From Parcubacteria bacterium C7867-006 (lineage in GTDB: Bacteria; Patescibacteriota; Minisyncoccia; Phycocordibacterales; DATDWN01): 64,000 nucleotides of DNA. The DNA lies in the NCBI GenBank assembly GCA_001189155.1, contig LFCP01000001.1:147779-211778 (forward strand). Direction: 5' to 3'. Both the position numbers and the translations under genes were made by a program. Positions 47,407-56,838 of this stretch are shown piece after piece (positions within the stretch are counted from its first letter, which is position 1; every line of letters starts with the position of its first letter). Under the pieces are notes generated by a model. It saw nothing but the letters and a program-made list of their open reading frames with translations, was not told the origin of the DNA and ran no database searches.

Positions 47407-47796
47407 ATGCCCTATACGAAGACCTTCGCCGTTGTTACCAGCCTTCTCGCTTTTCAGATTGCCATGATGTGGTTCGCAGTTGGTTCCACTTCTGGCGGTA
47501 ACGAGTTCAAGACTGTGACAACCCACAGCTACGACGTTCCGTTCGAAAGGTACTGCGGTTATCTGGAAGAAGTTGCCCATGGAGTCATCCAGTTCGACGG
47601 CAAGGACCCAGTGGACATCGCGTATCTTTTCTTCCGCTCATCGGTTGGGAAGCCTAGCATCCCGCGTATCATCTACGGGGACACAGAGAGACTCAGTAAG
47701 ATTGAGTCGGGTCGTCATTACGACATCGGTGTCCGTCAGTACGGTGGTGGACTAAACTTCCCACGCCGTCTTGATGTAGTCGAGTCGTGCAAGTAG
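47407..47796 (+). CDS. GC-rich orphan membrane-anchored/secreted protein (cassette 5, 129 aa)
   Basis: AAGGGG SD; N-terminal hydrophobic segment; about 55% GC; start re-assigned to ATG 47407. Confidence 0.65.
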   Translation: MPYTKTFAVVTSLLAFQIAMMWFAVGSTSGGNEFKTVTTHSYDVPFERYCGYLEEVAHGVIQFDGKDPVDIAYLFFRSSVGKPSIPRIIYGDTERLSKIESGRHYDIGVRQYGGGLNFPRRLDVVESCK

Positions 47797-47811
47797 TAGA
47801 TCTGAGCACAA

Positions 47812-47860
47812 GTCGGTGGGTTGATCCCACCGACAGGACCACACATTTGTGTGGTTTTTT
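47812..47860 (+). terminator. Tandem hairpins/terminator of cassette 5
   Basis: GTCGGTGGG-ttgat-CCCACCGAC, then ACCACAC-attt-GTGTGGT plus T run. Confidence 0.7.
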
Positions 47861-47935
47861 CAAATTCAAATATGTCAAAAAACCTAAGCTCTGACTATTG
47901 CACAACATTTATGTTTCTGCTACTATATCCACCAC

Positions 47936-48667
47936 ATGGAAAAAACAAGTAATTCATCATCAAATAGCGGAAACAGCGTTGTAGACGCTCTATTTTCTGC
48001 CGGTGCTCATTTCGGCTTTATAAAGTCTAGACGACACCCATCTACAAAACCTTTTATATACGGAGTAAAAAATAAAATTGAGATATTTGACCTTGAGAAG
48101 ACAAAGGATTCTTTGGATAAAGCAGTGGCTTTTATTGAGAGTATCGCTTCAAAAAATGGTTCAGTTCTATTTGTTAGCGGTAAAAACGAAGCAAAGGGTG
48201 CTATTACAGCAGTAGCTGAGTCTATAAATATGCCTTATGTTGCCGGAAGATTTATTGGAGGAACTTTGACTAACTTTCCAGAAATACGAAAAAGAGTAGA
48301 GAAGCTAGAGTCTCTTGTATCACAGAAAGAAAAAGGAGAACTAGTAAAATACACTAAAAAAGAGAGACTTTTGATTGACCGAGAGATAGATAAATTGCGA
48401 GAGTTTTTCTTTGGTCTTTCTGTTATGAAGAAACTTCCTGATGCTGTATTTATTATTGATGCTAAAAGGGAATCTATCGCTGTAAAAGAGGCAAAATATA
48501 TGGGAATCCCAGTTGTTGCTTTGTGTGGAACAGACAACAATCTAAACGAAGTAGAGTTTCCTATCCCTGGAAATGATGCTTCAAAAGCAAGTATCACATT
48601 TTTCCTAGAGAAAATTGCAGAAGCTTACAAGGCTGGCCAGTTGAAGAAACCTACAGCTACTGTATAA
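47936..48667 (+). CDS. rpsB: 30S ribosomal protein S2
   Basis: AGAHFG, FDLEKT, RFIGGTLTNF, IPGNDAS. Confidence 0.95.
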   Translation: MEKTSNSSSNSGNSVVDALFSAGAHFGFIKSRRHPSTKPFIYGVKNKIEIFDLEKTKDSLDKAVAFIESIASKNGSVLFVSGKNEAKGAITAVAESINMPYVAGRFIGGTLTNFPEIRKRVEKLESLVSQKEKGELVKYTKKERLLIDREIDKLREFFFGLSVMKKLPDAVFIIDAKRESIAVKEAKYMGIPVVALCGTDNNLNEVEFPIPGNDASKASITFFLEKIAEAYKAGQLKKPTATV

Positions 48668-48705
48668 TTATCTATTGTCTAGATTAGTTTTAACTTATTT
48701 TAAAT

Positions 48706-49203
48706 ATGACTGAAATAACAACAGAACTCGTAAAGGAATTGCGAGATAAAACAGGTGTCTCTGTAATGCAATGTAAGAAGGCTTTGGAAGAGACAGGTGG
48801 GGATATCGAGAAAGCTACAGCTCTATTGCTTGAAAAAAGCGCTGAAATAGCTGGTAAAAAGAGTGATAGAACTCTAGGAGCCGGTACTATAGGTTCATAC
48901 GTACACTCTACCGGTACAGTTGGAGTTATGGTAGAATTACTATGTGAGACTGACTTCGTAGCAAAGAACGAAGAGTTCAAAGCTTTAGCTCGTGACATAG
49001 CGATGCATGTGTCAGCTACAGATCCAAAGTTTCTAAAATCAGAGGATGCTGGAGCAGACAGTGATCCAGAGTCAGTATTGTTAAACCAACCATTCATAAA
49101 AAATCCGGAAGTTACTATTATTAACTTAGTTCAGTCAGCTACTCAGAAATTTGGTGAAAAAATAGAAGTCTCACGTTTTGTAAGATTTTCAATTTCTCAA
49201 TAA
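48706..49203 (+). CDS. tsf: Elongation factor Ts (short form)
   Basis: VKELRDKTGVSVMQCKKALEE, CETDFVAKN; follows rpsB. Confidence 0.95.
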   Translation: MTEITTELVKELRDKTGVSVMQCKKALEETGGDIEKATALLLEKSAEIAGKKSDRTLGAGTIGSYVHSTGTVGVMVELLCETDFVAKNEEFKALARDIAMHVSATDPKFLKSEDAGADSDPESVLLNQPFIKNPEVTIINLVQSATQKFGEKIEVSRFVRFSISQ

Positions 49204-49211
49204 ATTTATTT

Positions 49212-49592
49212 ATGACAACTATATTATTTTTCGTCTCTCTTTTTGTGCTGGCCTCTCTTGTGGGCTCAAAAGTATTTGAGATAAAAGTTAGAAAAATTGA
49301 GTCTCTCTCAAGTATCTTTGCAAAAGGAGATGAGCAGATACACAAACTAATAGATCTAGCTATTTTCAAATATAACCGATACAAGAAAATTGCTCATATC
49401 TTTGTATTTGAGTTTATTCCTTCATACATATACGAGTTACTCGTAAAAATGAAAGACTACGTCTCAAAGAAGTATTACAGCTCAGCAGACGGTTTTAGGG
49501 GTCGAAGAGTTCTTCGAACTAATGGTTCAGTTTCTTTTTTCCTAGAAAGATTGGCTGATGATAAAAATAGTCCAGAAGTTAGAAAAGTGTAG
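49212..49592 (+). CDS. Hypothetical protein with N-terminal TM
   Basis: 126-aa ORF downstream of tsf. Confidence 0.65.
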   Translation: MTTILFFVSLFVLASLVGSKVFEIKVRKIESLSSIFAKGDEQIHKLIDLAIFKYNRYKKIAHIFVFEFIPSYIYELLVKMKDYVSKKYYSSADGFRGRRVLRTNGSVSFFLERLADDKNSPEVRKV

Positions 49593-49656
49593 GGTTGAAA
49601 ATACTCTAAACTTCTGATACATTAGTAGGGTTGTTTCAAATTTTAGTACCAATATT

Positions 49657-49729
49657 GCCACTTTAGCTCAGTTGGTAGAGCAGCCGTTTTGTAAACGGCA
49701 GGTCGTCAGTTCGAGCCTGACAAGTGGCT
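49657..49729 (+). tRNA. tRNA-Thr(TGT)
   Basis: GCCACTT/AAGTGGC acceptor, GCCGT-TT TGT AA-ACGGC anticodon arm, GTCAG-TTCGAGC-CTGAC. Confidence 0.95.
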
Positions 49730-49733
49730 CACT

Positions 49734-49756
49734 AAAATCCCCGCAAGGGGATTTTT
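49734..49756 (+). terminator. Terminator after tRNA-Thr
   Basis: AAAATCCCC-gcaa-GGGGATTTTT. Confidence 0.8.
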
Positions 49757-49902
49757 GCGTAAGACACTTGTTAGGCGAGAACTAGATGGGGGGTCGGAAA
49801 AGAAGGGTCTTTCCCATGTCGGAAGGTAGTGAGAGATAGTGCAATAGGTGGTTTAGTTGGAATCTACCTAGGTTTCAAAATCGGAGAGTAGCTAGTGGCT
49901 AG

Positions 49903-50583
49903 TTATTTTTTTACTGATGTTGTTGTACTAGTCTTCATCTTTTTTAGTTCAGGAACAACTTTCTCTATATCTTCAACACTTTTGAATCCATAGTAAACAT
50001 TATCTTTTATTATCAGAGCAGGAAGTTCACTTTTTATTTTGTTTATTGATATAAGAGTTTTAACTGCTGATAGATCAGCATTATAATCAAAAGAGTATAC
50101 TCGTAAATCTGGATATGTCTCTCTTAATTTTGTTAAAACATAACCCTCTTTTTCGCAGTCTGCACAACTGTCATCTAGTGAGTAGAAATAGATAATTGAT
50201 ATTGGTGTTTTATTACACTTCTGGCTAATCTTGTTCATCAAAAGATAGTCCTTGATTTCTAGTAGGAAGTAGTATTTTTTTAGAGTTTGAACTTCAATAT
50301 CGCTTTCTCCTCGCTCCTTCTCTGTATATGAGAGTTTATCCTCTAGTGTGCCTAGTTCTGTTGATAGGCTACCTGTACCAACATCTTTACAAGAAGATTC
50401 CTCTAGAAGAGAGAATTGAGTCTCTGATGATAGAGTATCAATAGCTATTTTGTCTTGTATGCCTCTGATTTCATCTACTCGCTTTTGGGCAAAATAATTA
50501 CTCATTAAGATAGCAGTAATAAAAATAACCGCTGTTATAGTAAATGATAGTACGTATTGTTTCCAGTTGATTGAATTGTTCAT
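49903..50583 (-). CDS. Membrane-anchored hypothetical protein with thioredoxin-like CxxC domain
   Basis: N-terminal TM, helical region, IIYFYS..CADC..LPALII. Confidence 0.7.
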   Translation of the reverse strand: MNNSINWKQYVLSFTITAVIFITAILMSNYFAQKRVDEIRGIQDKIAIDTLSSETQFSLLEESSCKDVGTGSLSTELGTLEDKLSYTEKERGESDIEVQTLKKYYFLLEIKDYLLMNKISQKCNKTPISIIYFYSLDDSCADCEKEGYVLTKLRETYPDLRVYSFDYNADLSAVKTLISINKIKSELPALIIKDNVYYGFKSVEDIEKVVPELKKMKTSTTTSVKK

Positions 50584-50587
50584 ATTG

Positions 50588-51835
50588 TTATCTCCACTTA
50601 GTGTCTACCTTAAAGATGGCGTTAAATGCAGCCTTTATAATCCATATAGGTGCAATAAACATATACAAAGATAGGTAATAAATCAAATCCATACCAATAT
50701 CCAGTTTACCCTCAGACATTTTTTTGGAAATAACAACGAAAGTTATTGTTCCTATTGCAGTAGCTAGTCCAAGTAGGGTTAGTATCTGTGTATTTACATA
50801 AAACAAGTCAAAATTCCAGTTTGGCCAGTGTGGGTTGAATCCTACTGTCCTAAATATGACGTATTGGTTTATTGCGGATCTTATTATGTTAAATATAGAA
50901 ACACTAGATATAAATACTACAGAGATTATTGAAATCGCGGCCATTGGTAGGATTAACATACCAACATTTCCGTATTTTTTTCGGAAAAACATGTGGCGGT
51001 AGTCTTTTGCATTCTGGATAAAACCATGTGACCATCGGATTCTCTGCTTTAGAAGTTTTTTAACTGTATTAGGGGGAACAGTATAGACGAAAGCATTGTG
51101 TGCGTGGACTATTTTAAATCCATTTTCCTGCATACGTAGGGCAATCTCAATATCTTCTGTGTTGTGAGCGTGTCTGTATGGGCCAAGTTTCTCAAAAACT
51201 TCTTTTCGGAAAATAGAAAAAGGTCCAGGAGTGATGTAAATAGCGTTCATATACTGGAACATTTTTCTGGTGAATATACCAAAGCCGTACTCTATTTTTT
51301 GGAGTAGCTGTAGAATAGATTTTGGCTCCCAAAGTTTGATAGATGGAGCAACAGCCATTGTTTCTCTGTCTTGAAAATAATAAACAATCTTTTTTAGGGT
51401 GTCTTTGTGTACGTATGAGTCAGCGTCCAAACATCCAACTAGATCTGTTGTTAGTTTTGATAGTCCATAGTTTAGAGCGGTGTATTTTCCTCCATTTGGT
51501 TTAGTGTGTATTTCTATTTGAGGGTTGTTTTTGAATTTTTGAATAACTTCCCAGGTTTTGTCTGTAGAACCATCATCTACAATCATGATTTTTAGTTTAT
51601 CTTTTGGGTAGTCTAGGTTTAGTAGGGAATGTATTGTTTTGCCTACAGTTTTTTCTTCGTTCCAACAAGGAACTATAATTGTTACTGTTGGGTATTTTTT
51701 TACACCTTGAGCGACCAATTCCTCCTCTTTTTTCATATTTTCCTTGTTTTGGAAATATGTCATTAGTAAAAAGACCTCAAAGTTCAGTGAGGCAAACAAA
51801 AAAACATATGTTACTAGGTTGGTAAAGTCAGGCAT
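50588..51835 (-). CDS. Processive GT2 glycosyltransferase (PgaC/IcaA-like)
   Basis: IVPCWNEE, VDDGSTD, LDAD, TED, QRIRW; C-terminal TMs. Confidence 0.9.
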   Translation of the reverse strand: MPDFTNLVTYVFLFASLNFEVFLLMTYFQNKENMKKEEELVAQGVKKYPTVTIIVPCWNEEKTVGKTIHSLLNLDYPKDKLKIMIVDDGSTDKTWEVIQKFKNNPQIEIHTKPNGGKYTALNYGLSKLTTDLVGCLDADSYVHKDTLKKIVYYFQDRETMAVAPSIKLWEPKSILQLLQKIEYGFGIFTRKMFQYMNAIYITPGPFSIFRKEVFEKLGPYRHAHNTEDIEIALRMQENGFKIVHAHNAFVYTVPPNTVKKLLKQRIRWSHGFIQNAKDYRHMFFRKKYGNVGMLILPMAAISIISVVFISSVSIFNIIRSAINQYVIFRTVGFNPHWPNWNFDLFYVNTQILTLLGLATAIGTITFVVISKKMSEGKLDIGMDLIYYLSLYMFIAPIWIIKAAFNAIFKVDTKWR

Positions 51836-51909
51836 AAAGCGCTTTAATTAACCGTCATACTAGCACTTTTGCTTGGTTTTTTCAATTTTTTGGCTATAAT
51901 AGGGAGATT

Positions 51910-52523
51910 ATGGACTCTAGTCTAAAAATAGATGTTTCTTCTGGTCATTTGCACCCAATCAGTCTAGTTTTGCTTGAAATAAACAAAATATTTTCTGATT
52001 ACTTAGAACACACACATCTCCTGTTCAGGTTAGGTTTATGGAGAAAAATAAACCACCTATTCGTATCATTGCTCCGGGAAAAGTTTTTAGACATGAGGCA
52101 ACAGACGCAACTCACGAAGCTCAGTTTTACCAGTTAGAGGGTTTGGTTGTTGGTGAGAATATTTCTGTAGCTAATTTGAAATGGACTCTAGAAACAATGT
52201 TTGAAAAACTTTTTGGTAAAAAAATGAATATTAGGTTGCGACCAAGTTATTTCCCATTCGTCGAACCTGGTTTTGAAATGGATATGTCTTGTTTCAAATG
52301 TGAAGGAAGGGGTTGTAGTACTTGTAAAAATACTGGATGGATTGAGATCGGTGGCTCAGGAATGGTGCATCCCAAAGTTTTGGAAAGTGCCGGAGTTGAT
52401 TCAAAAAAATATTCTGGTTTCGCTTTTGGTTACGGAGTGGACAGAATTGCGATGCTTAAATACGGAATAGACGATGTTCGTCTACTTTATCAAGGAGATT
52501 TACGTTTGGTTAATCAATTCTAA
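51910..52523 (+). pseudogene. pheS: Phenylalanine-tRNA ligase alpha subunit, disrupted by internal deletion and frameshift at about 51999 (possible assembly artefact)
   Basis: First frame GHLHPISLV...IFSD; second frame from 51999 [12 protein letters not shown]...[23 protein letters not shown]; intervening conserved segment absent. Confidence 0.85.
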
Positions 52524-52524
52524 T

Positions 52525-52749
52525 ATGATTAAAAACGGTATTTATAAACATTCAAAGAAAGGAACTATGTACAAAGTTATTTGTACAGCAAAAAATTCAG
52601 AAACTCTGGAGGATTTTGTTGTTTATGAATCTTTGTATGATAATGAAACTTCAAAATACTGGGTTCGACCAGCATCTATGTTTGAGGATTTGGTGGAAGT
52701 AGATGGAAATAAAGTTCCAAGATTTGTATTGGTAGAAGAAGAAAAATAA
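52525..52749 (+). CDS. DUF1653 domain protein
   Basis: GIYKH..GTMYKV..AKNSETLEDFVVY..LY..WVRPASMF..VPRF; start re-assigned to ATG 52525. Confidence 0.88.
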   Translation: MIKNGIYKHSKKGTMYKVICTAKNSETLEDFVVYESLYDNETSKYWVRPASMFEDLVEVDGNKVPRFVLVEEEK

Positions 52750-52750
52750 A

Positions 52751-54658
52751 ATGAAAGTCTCATATAAATGGCTACAAGAATATATAGAAAATGAATTACC
52801 TCCAGTAGAAAGGGTGGTTGAGGCTTTAACTATGCATTCATTTGAGATAGAGGGTGTAGAGGATTTTGGCGACGATAAAATACTAGATGTAAAAGTTTTA
52901 CCAAACAGAACTCATGATTGTTTATCTCACTACGGGATAGCTTCTGAAATAGCTTCTGTCTGTGATTTAAAAAGAAAACCACTATTATCAAAACAAGATT
53001 TTCCAAAAACAGAAGATATAAAATTGTCTATTAATACAAAACTCTGCGTCAGGGCAGTGATGATTTTAATAAAAGATGTGGAAGTAGATGAAAGTCCAGA
53101 GTGGCTAAAAGAAAAGTTGAAAGTCTATGGAAATAAATCAATCAATAACATAGTTGATATAACAAACTATCTGACTTTTGCTTTCGGTCAGCCAATGCAC
53201 GCTTTTGATGCAGATAAAATCGCTAAAAATAAAAAGGACCAATACGAAATAATAATCCGTGACGCTAAAAAAGGAGAGAAAATAACTCTACTAGATGGAA
53301 AGGAATACACACTAGACTCAACCATGATGGTTATTTCAGATACAGAAAAGCCACTGGATGTTGCCGGGGTAATGGGTGGAAAAGATTCTGGAGTAAGCAG
53401 TGAGACAAAAAATATTATTTTATCTCTCTCTCATTTTGATCCTGTTTCTATAAGAAAAACCGCAAAAGCTTTGGGAATCAGAACAGACGCTTCTCAAAGG
53501 TTTGAGAACTCTATATCTCCATCTCTTATTGATCGAAGTTTGCCTTATGCTCTTGAGCTTATTGATGATTTAGTTGGTGGAATAGTTGTTGGCGGAACAG
53601 ATATATATCTAAAGGAACAAAAAGAAACAGTTATATTTATAACACCAGAAAAAATATCAGATATTTTAGGTGTAGATATTTCAGCTGAAGAAATAGTAAA
53701 AACTTTAGACAGACAAAATATAAAATCTGAAATAAAAGGGGGAGATATACTCGTTACTTCACCACTAGAGAGATTGGATTTAGAAATTCCAGAAAATATT
53801 GCAGAGGAGGTTGGGCGAATATACGGGTATGAAAAAGTTTTACCTAAAGAGCTTGGTCCTGGTCTAAAAGTGTCTGTTAATATTGAGGATTATACTTCAA
53901 ACTTGATTAGACTTTCTCTTTTGAAACAAGGATTTTCTGAAATATATACATACTCGTTTACAAATAAAGGTTTAGTTGAGTTAGAAAATCCTATTGCTGG
54001 AGATAAAAGTTTTCTAAGACAAGATTTAATTTCAGGAATGGAAGACTCTCTTGAACACAACTTCAAATACGCTGATTTGCTTGGAATAAAAGAGGTAAAA
54101 CTTTTTGAAATCGGAAAAGTTTTTGGTGGGAAAGGAGAGAAACTTCATTTGTGTATTGGAGTAAAGTTTCCAAAAAATAAAAAAACTCCAAGTGTTGATG
54201 AGGAATTAGCAAAAACTATTCAGAATCTAGAAAATGATTTAGGTATTTCTGTTGGAGATGTATCTATAATGAGCGGAGTGGTTGAGTTTGATATAGATAG
54301 AATTGTAAAAGAAATAAAAATAGGGGATACAAACTATGAAGAAGCTTCTTCTGTTTTGGGTAAAGATGTTTCTTACAAAACTATTTCCCCGTACCCTTTT
54401 GCGGTTAGAGATGTTGCAGTGTTTGTTCCAAACACTGTGAGTGAGGAAGCAGTAACTCAAATAATAAAAGATAAACTGACAGATATTGTTGTTAGATTTT
54501 CATTGTTTGATAAATTCGCAAAACCAGAAAAAACTTCATACGCATTTCGCCTAGTTTTCCAATCAAAAGAAAAGACTCTGACTGATGATGAAATAAATGC
54601 AGTAATGAACCCAATATACGAGACACTAAAAGCTCAAGAAGGCTTCGAAATAAGGTAG
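52751..54658 (+). CDS. pheT: Phenylalanine-tRNA ligase beta subunit (lacks the B2 OB domain)
   Basis: MKVSYKWL, PNRTHDCLSHYGIA, GQPMHAFD, RTDASQRFE, EEVGRIYGY, C-terminal FDX-ACB domain. Confidence 0.93.
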   Translation: MKVSYKWLQEYIENELPPVERVVEALTMHSFEIEGVEDFGDDKILDVKVLPNRTHDCLSHYGIASEIASVCDLKRKPLLSKQDFPKTEDIKLSINTKLCVRAVMILIKDVEVDESPEWLKEKLKVYGNKSINNIVDITNYLTFAFGQPMHAFDADKIAKNKKDQYEIIIRDAKKGEKITLLDGKEYTLDSTMMVISDTEKPLDVAGVMGGKDSGVSSETKNIILSLSHFDPVSIRKTAKALGIRTDASQRFENSISPSLIDRSLPYALELIDDLVGGIVVGGTDIYLKEQKETVIFITPEKISDILGVDISAEEIVKTLDRQNIKSEIKGGDILVTSPLERLDLEIPENIAEEVGRIYGYEKVLPKELGPGLKVSVNIEDYTSNLIRLSLLKQGFSEIYTYSFTNKGLVELENPIAGDKSFLRQDLISGMEDSLEHNFKYADLLGIKEVKLFEIGKVFGGKGEKLHLCIGVKFPKNKKTPSVDEELAKTIQNLENDLGISVGDVSIMSGVVEFDIDRIVKEIKIGDTNYEEASSVLGKDVSYKTISPYPFAVRDVAVFVPNTVSEEAVTQIIKDKLTDIVVRFSLFDKFAKPEKTSYAFRLVFQSKEKTLTDDEINAVMNPIYETLKAQEGFEIR

Positions 54659-54750
54659 TCTTTAAGCCATATAAATAGACTAAAATAGCTTGTTGTGAGG
54701 ACTGTTTTTTGCTATAATTAATGGGTTAAATTAACTAAAATATCAACAAA

Positions 54751-56838
54751 ATGGCTGGAAAAAAAGATAGTTACGGTGCAGACGCTATACAGATTCTAGA
54801 GGGCTTGGAGCCGGTTAGAAAGCGACCCGGAATGTACATTGGTACAACTGGCCTTGATGGACTACACCACCTTATTACAGAAATTTTCGACAACTCTCGT
54901 GACGAAGCCATGGGTGGTTTTGCGAACGACATTGAGGTTGCACTACTGCCTGGAAACAGAATCCGAGTAACAGATAACGGACGAGGCATCCCAGTTGATA
55001 TTCACAAACAAACAAAAGTTTCAGCGCTTGAAACTATTATGACAACTCTCCACGCTGGAGGAAAGTTCGGTGGAGAAGGAACTGGTTACAAAGTTTCTGG
55101 AGGTTTGCATGGAGTAGGAGCATCTGTTGTAAACGCCTTATCTATCTATTGTAAAGTAACAGTTCACAAGGACGGTGGTATTTATATACAGGAGTATTCT
55201 CAAGGAAAGAGAAAAGCTGCTGTAAAGAAAATCGGAACAACTAAGAAAAATGGAACTATCGTGATGTTTGAACCAGATTCAGCTATTTTCCCAATCATTG
55301 ATTTTGATGCAAAAAGAGTAATGGATCATATGCGACAGCAAGCATATCTTGTAAAAGGTTTGCGTATCACTGTTGTTGATGCTTCAAAATACGAAGGTAA
55401 AATAAAAGAAGATGAAGTTTTCAAAATATCTGAGTTGGGGCTTGAGGTTCCATCAATGTCTTTCTACTTTGAGGGAGGATTACTTTCTCTTGTTAAATTT
55501 ATTAATCACGACCAGAAGCCTGTTCACAAAAATGTTTTCTATGTAGAGAAGAAAACAAATGAGTGGGAATCTGTTGAAGTTTCTCTTCAGTATGTAGATG
55601 ATATTGCGTGCCGACTTTCTGCTTTTGCAAACAACATCAACACTCCAGAAGGAGGAACTCATGTTACTGGTTTCAAAACTGCGCTTACTCGTACACTCAA
55701 CACATACGGACGAAAGAATAATATTATAAAAGAGTCAGAAGATAACTTTACCGGAGAGGATGTTTTGGAGGGACTAACAGCTGTGGTTTCAGTAAAACTA
55801 CGAGAGATTCAGTTTGAGGGACAGACAAAAGCAAAACTTGGAACAGTTGAGGCACAGTCTTCTGTTAACACTATTTTCTCAGAGGCATTTTCACAATTCC
55901 TAGAAGAAAATCCAGATGATGCAAAAGCTATAGTTAATAAAGTTATTCTTGCTCTAAAAGCTCGAAAGGCTGCGAAGGCTGCAAAAGACTCTGTTTTGCG
56001 AAAAGGCGCACTAGAGGGAATGACACTTCCTGGAAAGCTTGCTGACTGTCAGAGTAAATCAGCAGAGGATTCGGAGATATTTATTGTGGAGGGAGATTCC
56101 GCTGGAGGTACAGCAAAAACTGGTAGAGACAGAAAGACACAAGCCATACTTCCGCTCCGAGGAAAAATTTTGAACATTGAACGAGCTCGTCTAGATAGAA
56201 TGCTAGAGTCAGAACAAATTCGAAATCTCGTTATCGCACTCGGAACAGCTATAGGAGATACATTTGATATTAGTAAACTGCGATATCACAAAATTATTAT
56301 TGCAACAGATGCCGACGTGGACGGTGCTCATATTAGAACTTTGATTTTGACATTGTTATACAGATTTTTTAGACCACTTATCGATGGAGGTTTTGTTTAT
56401 ATTGCTCAACCACCTCTATTTAAAATAAAGAAGGGTAAGGAGTTGTTCTATGCGTATTCTGATGCAGAGCGAGATAGTATTATGAAGAAACTTGGTTTCG
56501 CTGATGTTGATCTAAATGAAATAACAACAGACTCTGATGAACCAGAGGTGGAAGGAGAGGAGACAGAAACAGAGGAGTCTGAAAATACTAAAAAATCTGA
56601 CTCTAAAAACGCAAAAACTAAAAAACCATCAATTCAACGATACAAAGGTCTCGGAGAAATGAACGCAGATGAGCTGTGGGAAACTACTATGGATCCAGCT
56701 AGAAGAGTGTTAAAACAAGTAAATATTGGTGATGGTGTTGCAGCAGACAAGGTGTTTGATGTACTCATGGGAAGTGATGTGCCTTCTCGAAAGTCGTTTA
56801 TTCAGTCAAACGCTACAAAAGCTAATTTGGATATCTAA
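54751..56838 (+). CDS. gyrB: DNA gyrase subunit B (GyrB/ParE family)
   Basis: LEPVRKRPGMYIG, HAGGKF, VEGDSAGG, PLRGKILN, TDADVDG, RYKGLGEM. Confidence 0.93.
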   Translation: MAGKKDSYGADAIQILEGLEPVRKRPGMYIGTTGLDGLHHLITEIFDNSRDEAMGGFANDIEVALLPGNRIRVTDNGRGIPVDIHKQTKVSALETIMTTLHAGGKFGGEGTGYKVSGGLHGVGASVVNALSIYCKVTVHKDGGIYIQEYSQGKRKAAVKKIGTTKKNGTIVMFEPDSAIFPIIDFDAKRVMDHMRQQAYLVKGLRITVVDASKYEGKIKEDEVFKISELGLEVPSMSFYFEGGLLSLVKFINHDQKPVHKNVFYVEKKTNEWESVEVSLQYVDDIACRLSAFANNINTPEGGTHVTGFKTALTRTLNTYGRKNNIIKESEDNFTGEDVLEGLTAVVSVKLREIQFEGQTKAKLGTVEAQSSVNTIFSEAFSQFLEENPDDAKAIVNKVILALKARKAAKAAKDSVLRKGALEGMTLPGKLADCQSKSAEDSEIFIVEGDSAGGTAKTGRDRKTQAILPLRGKILNIERARLDRMLESEQIRNLVIALGTAIGDTFDISKLRYHKIIIATDADVDGAHIRTLILTLLYRFFRPLIDGGFVYIAQPPLFKIKKGKELFYAYSDAERDSIMKKLGFADVDLNEITTDSDEPEVEGEETETEESENTKKSDSKNAKTKKPSIQRYKGLGEMNADELWETTMDPARRVLKQVNIGDGVAADKVFDVLMGSDVPSRKSFIQSNATKANLDI

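Noticed and set aside
51990-52010. Programmed -1 frameshift in pheS
   Set aside because: There is no slippery heptamer at the junction, and a conserved block is missing regardless of frame.
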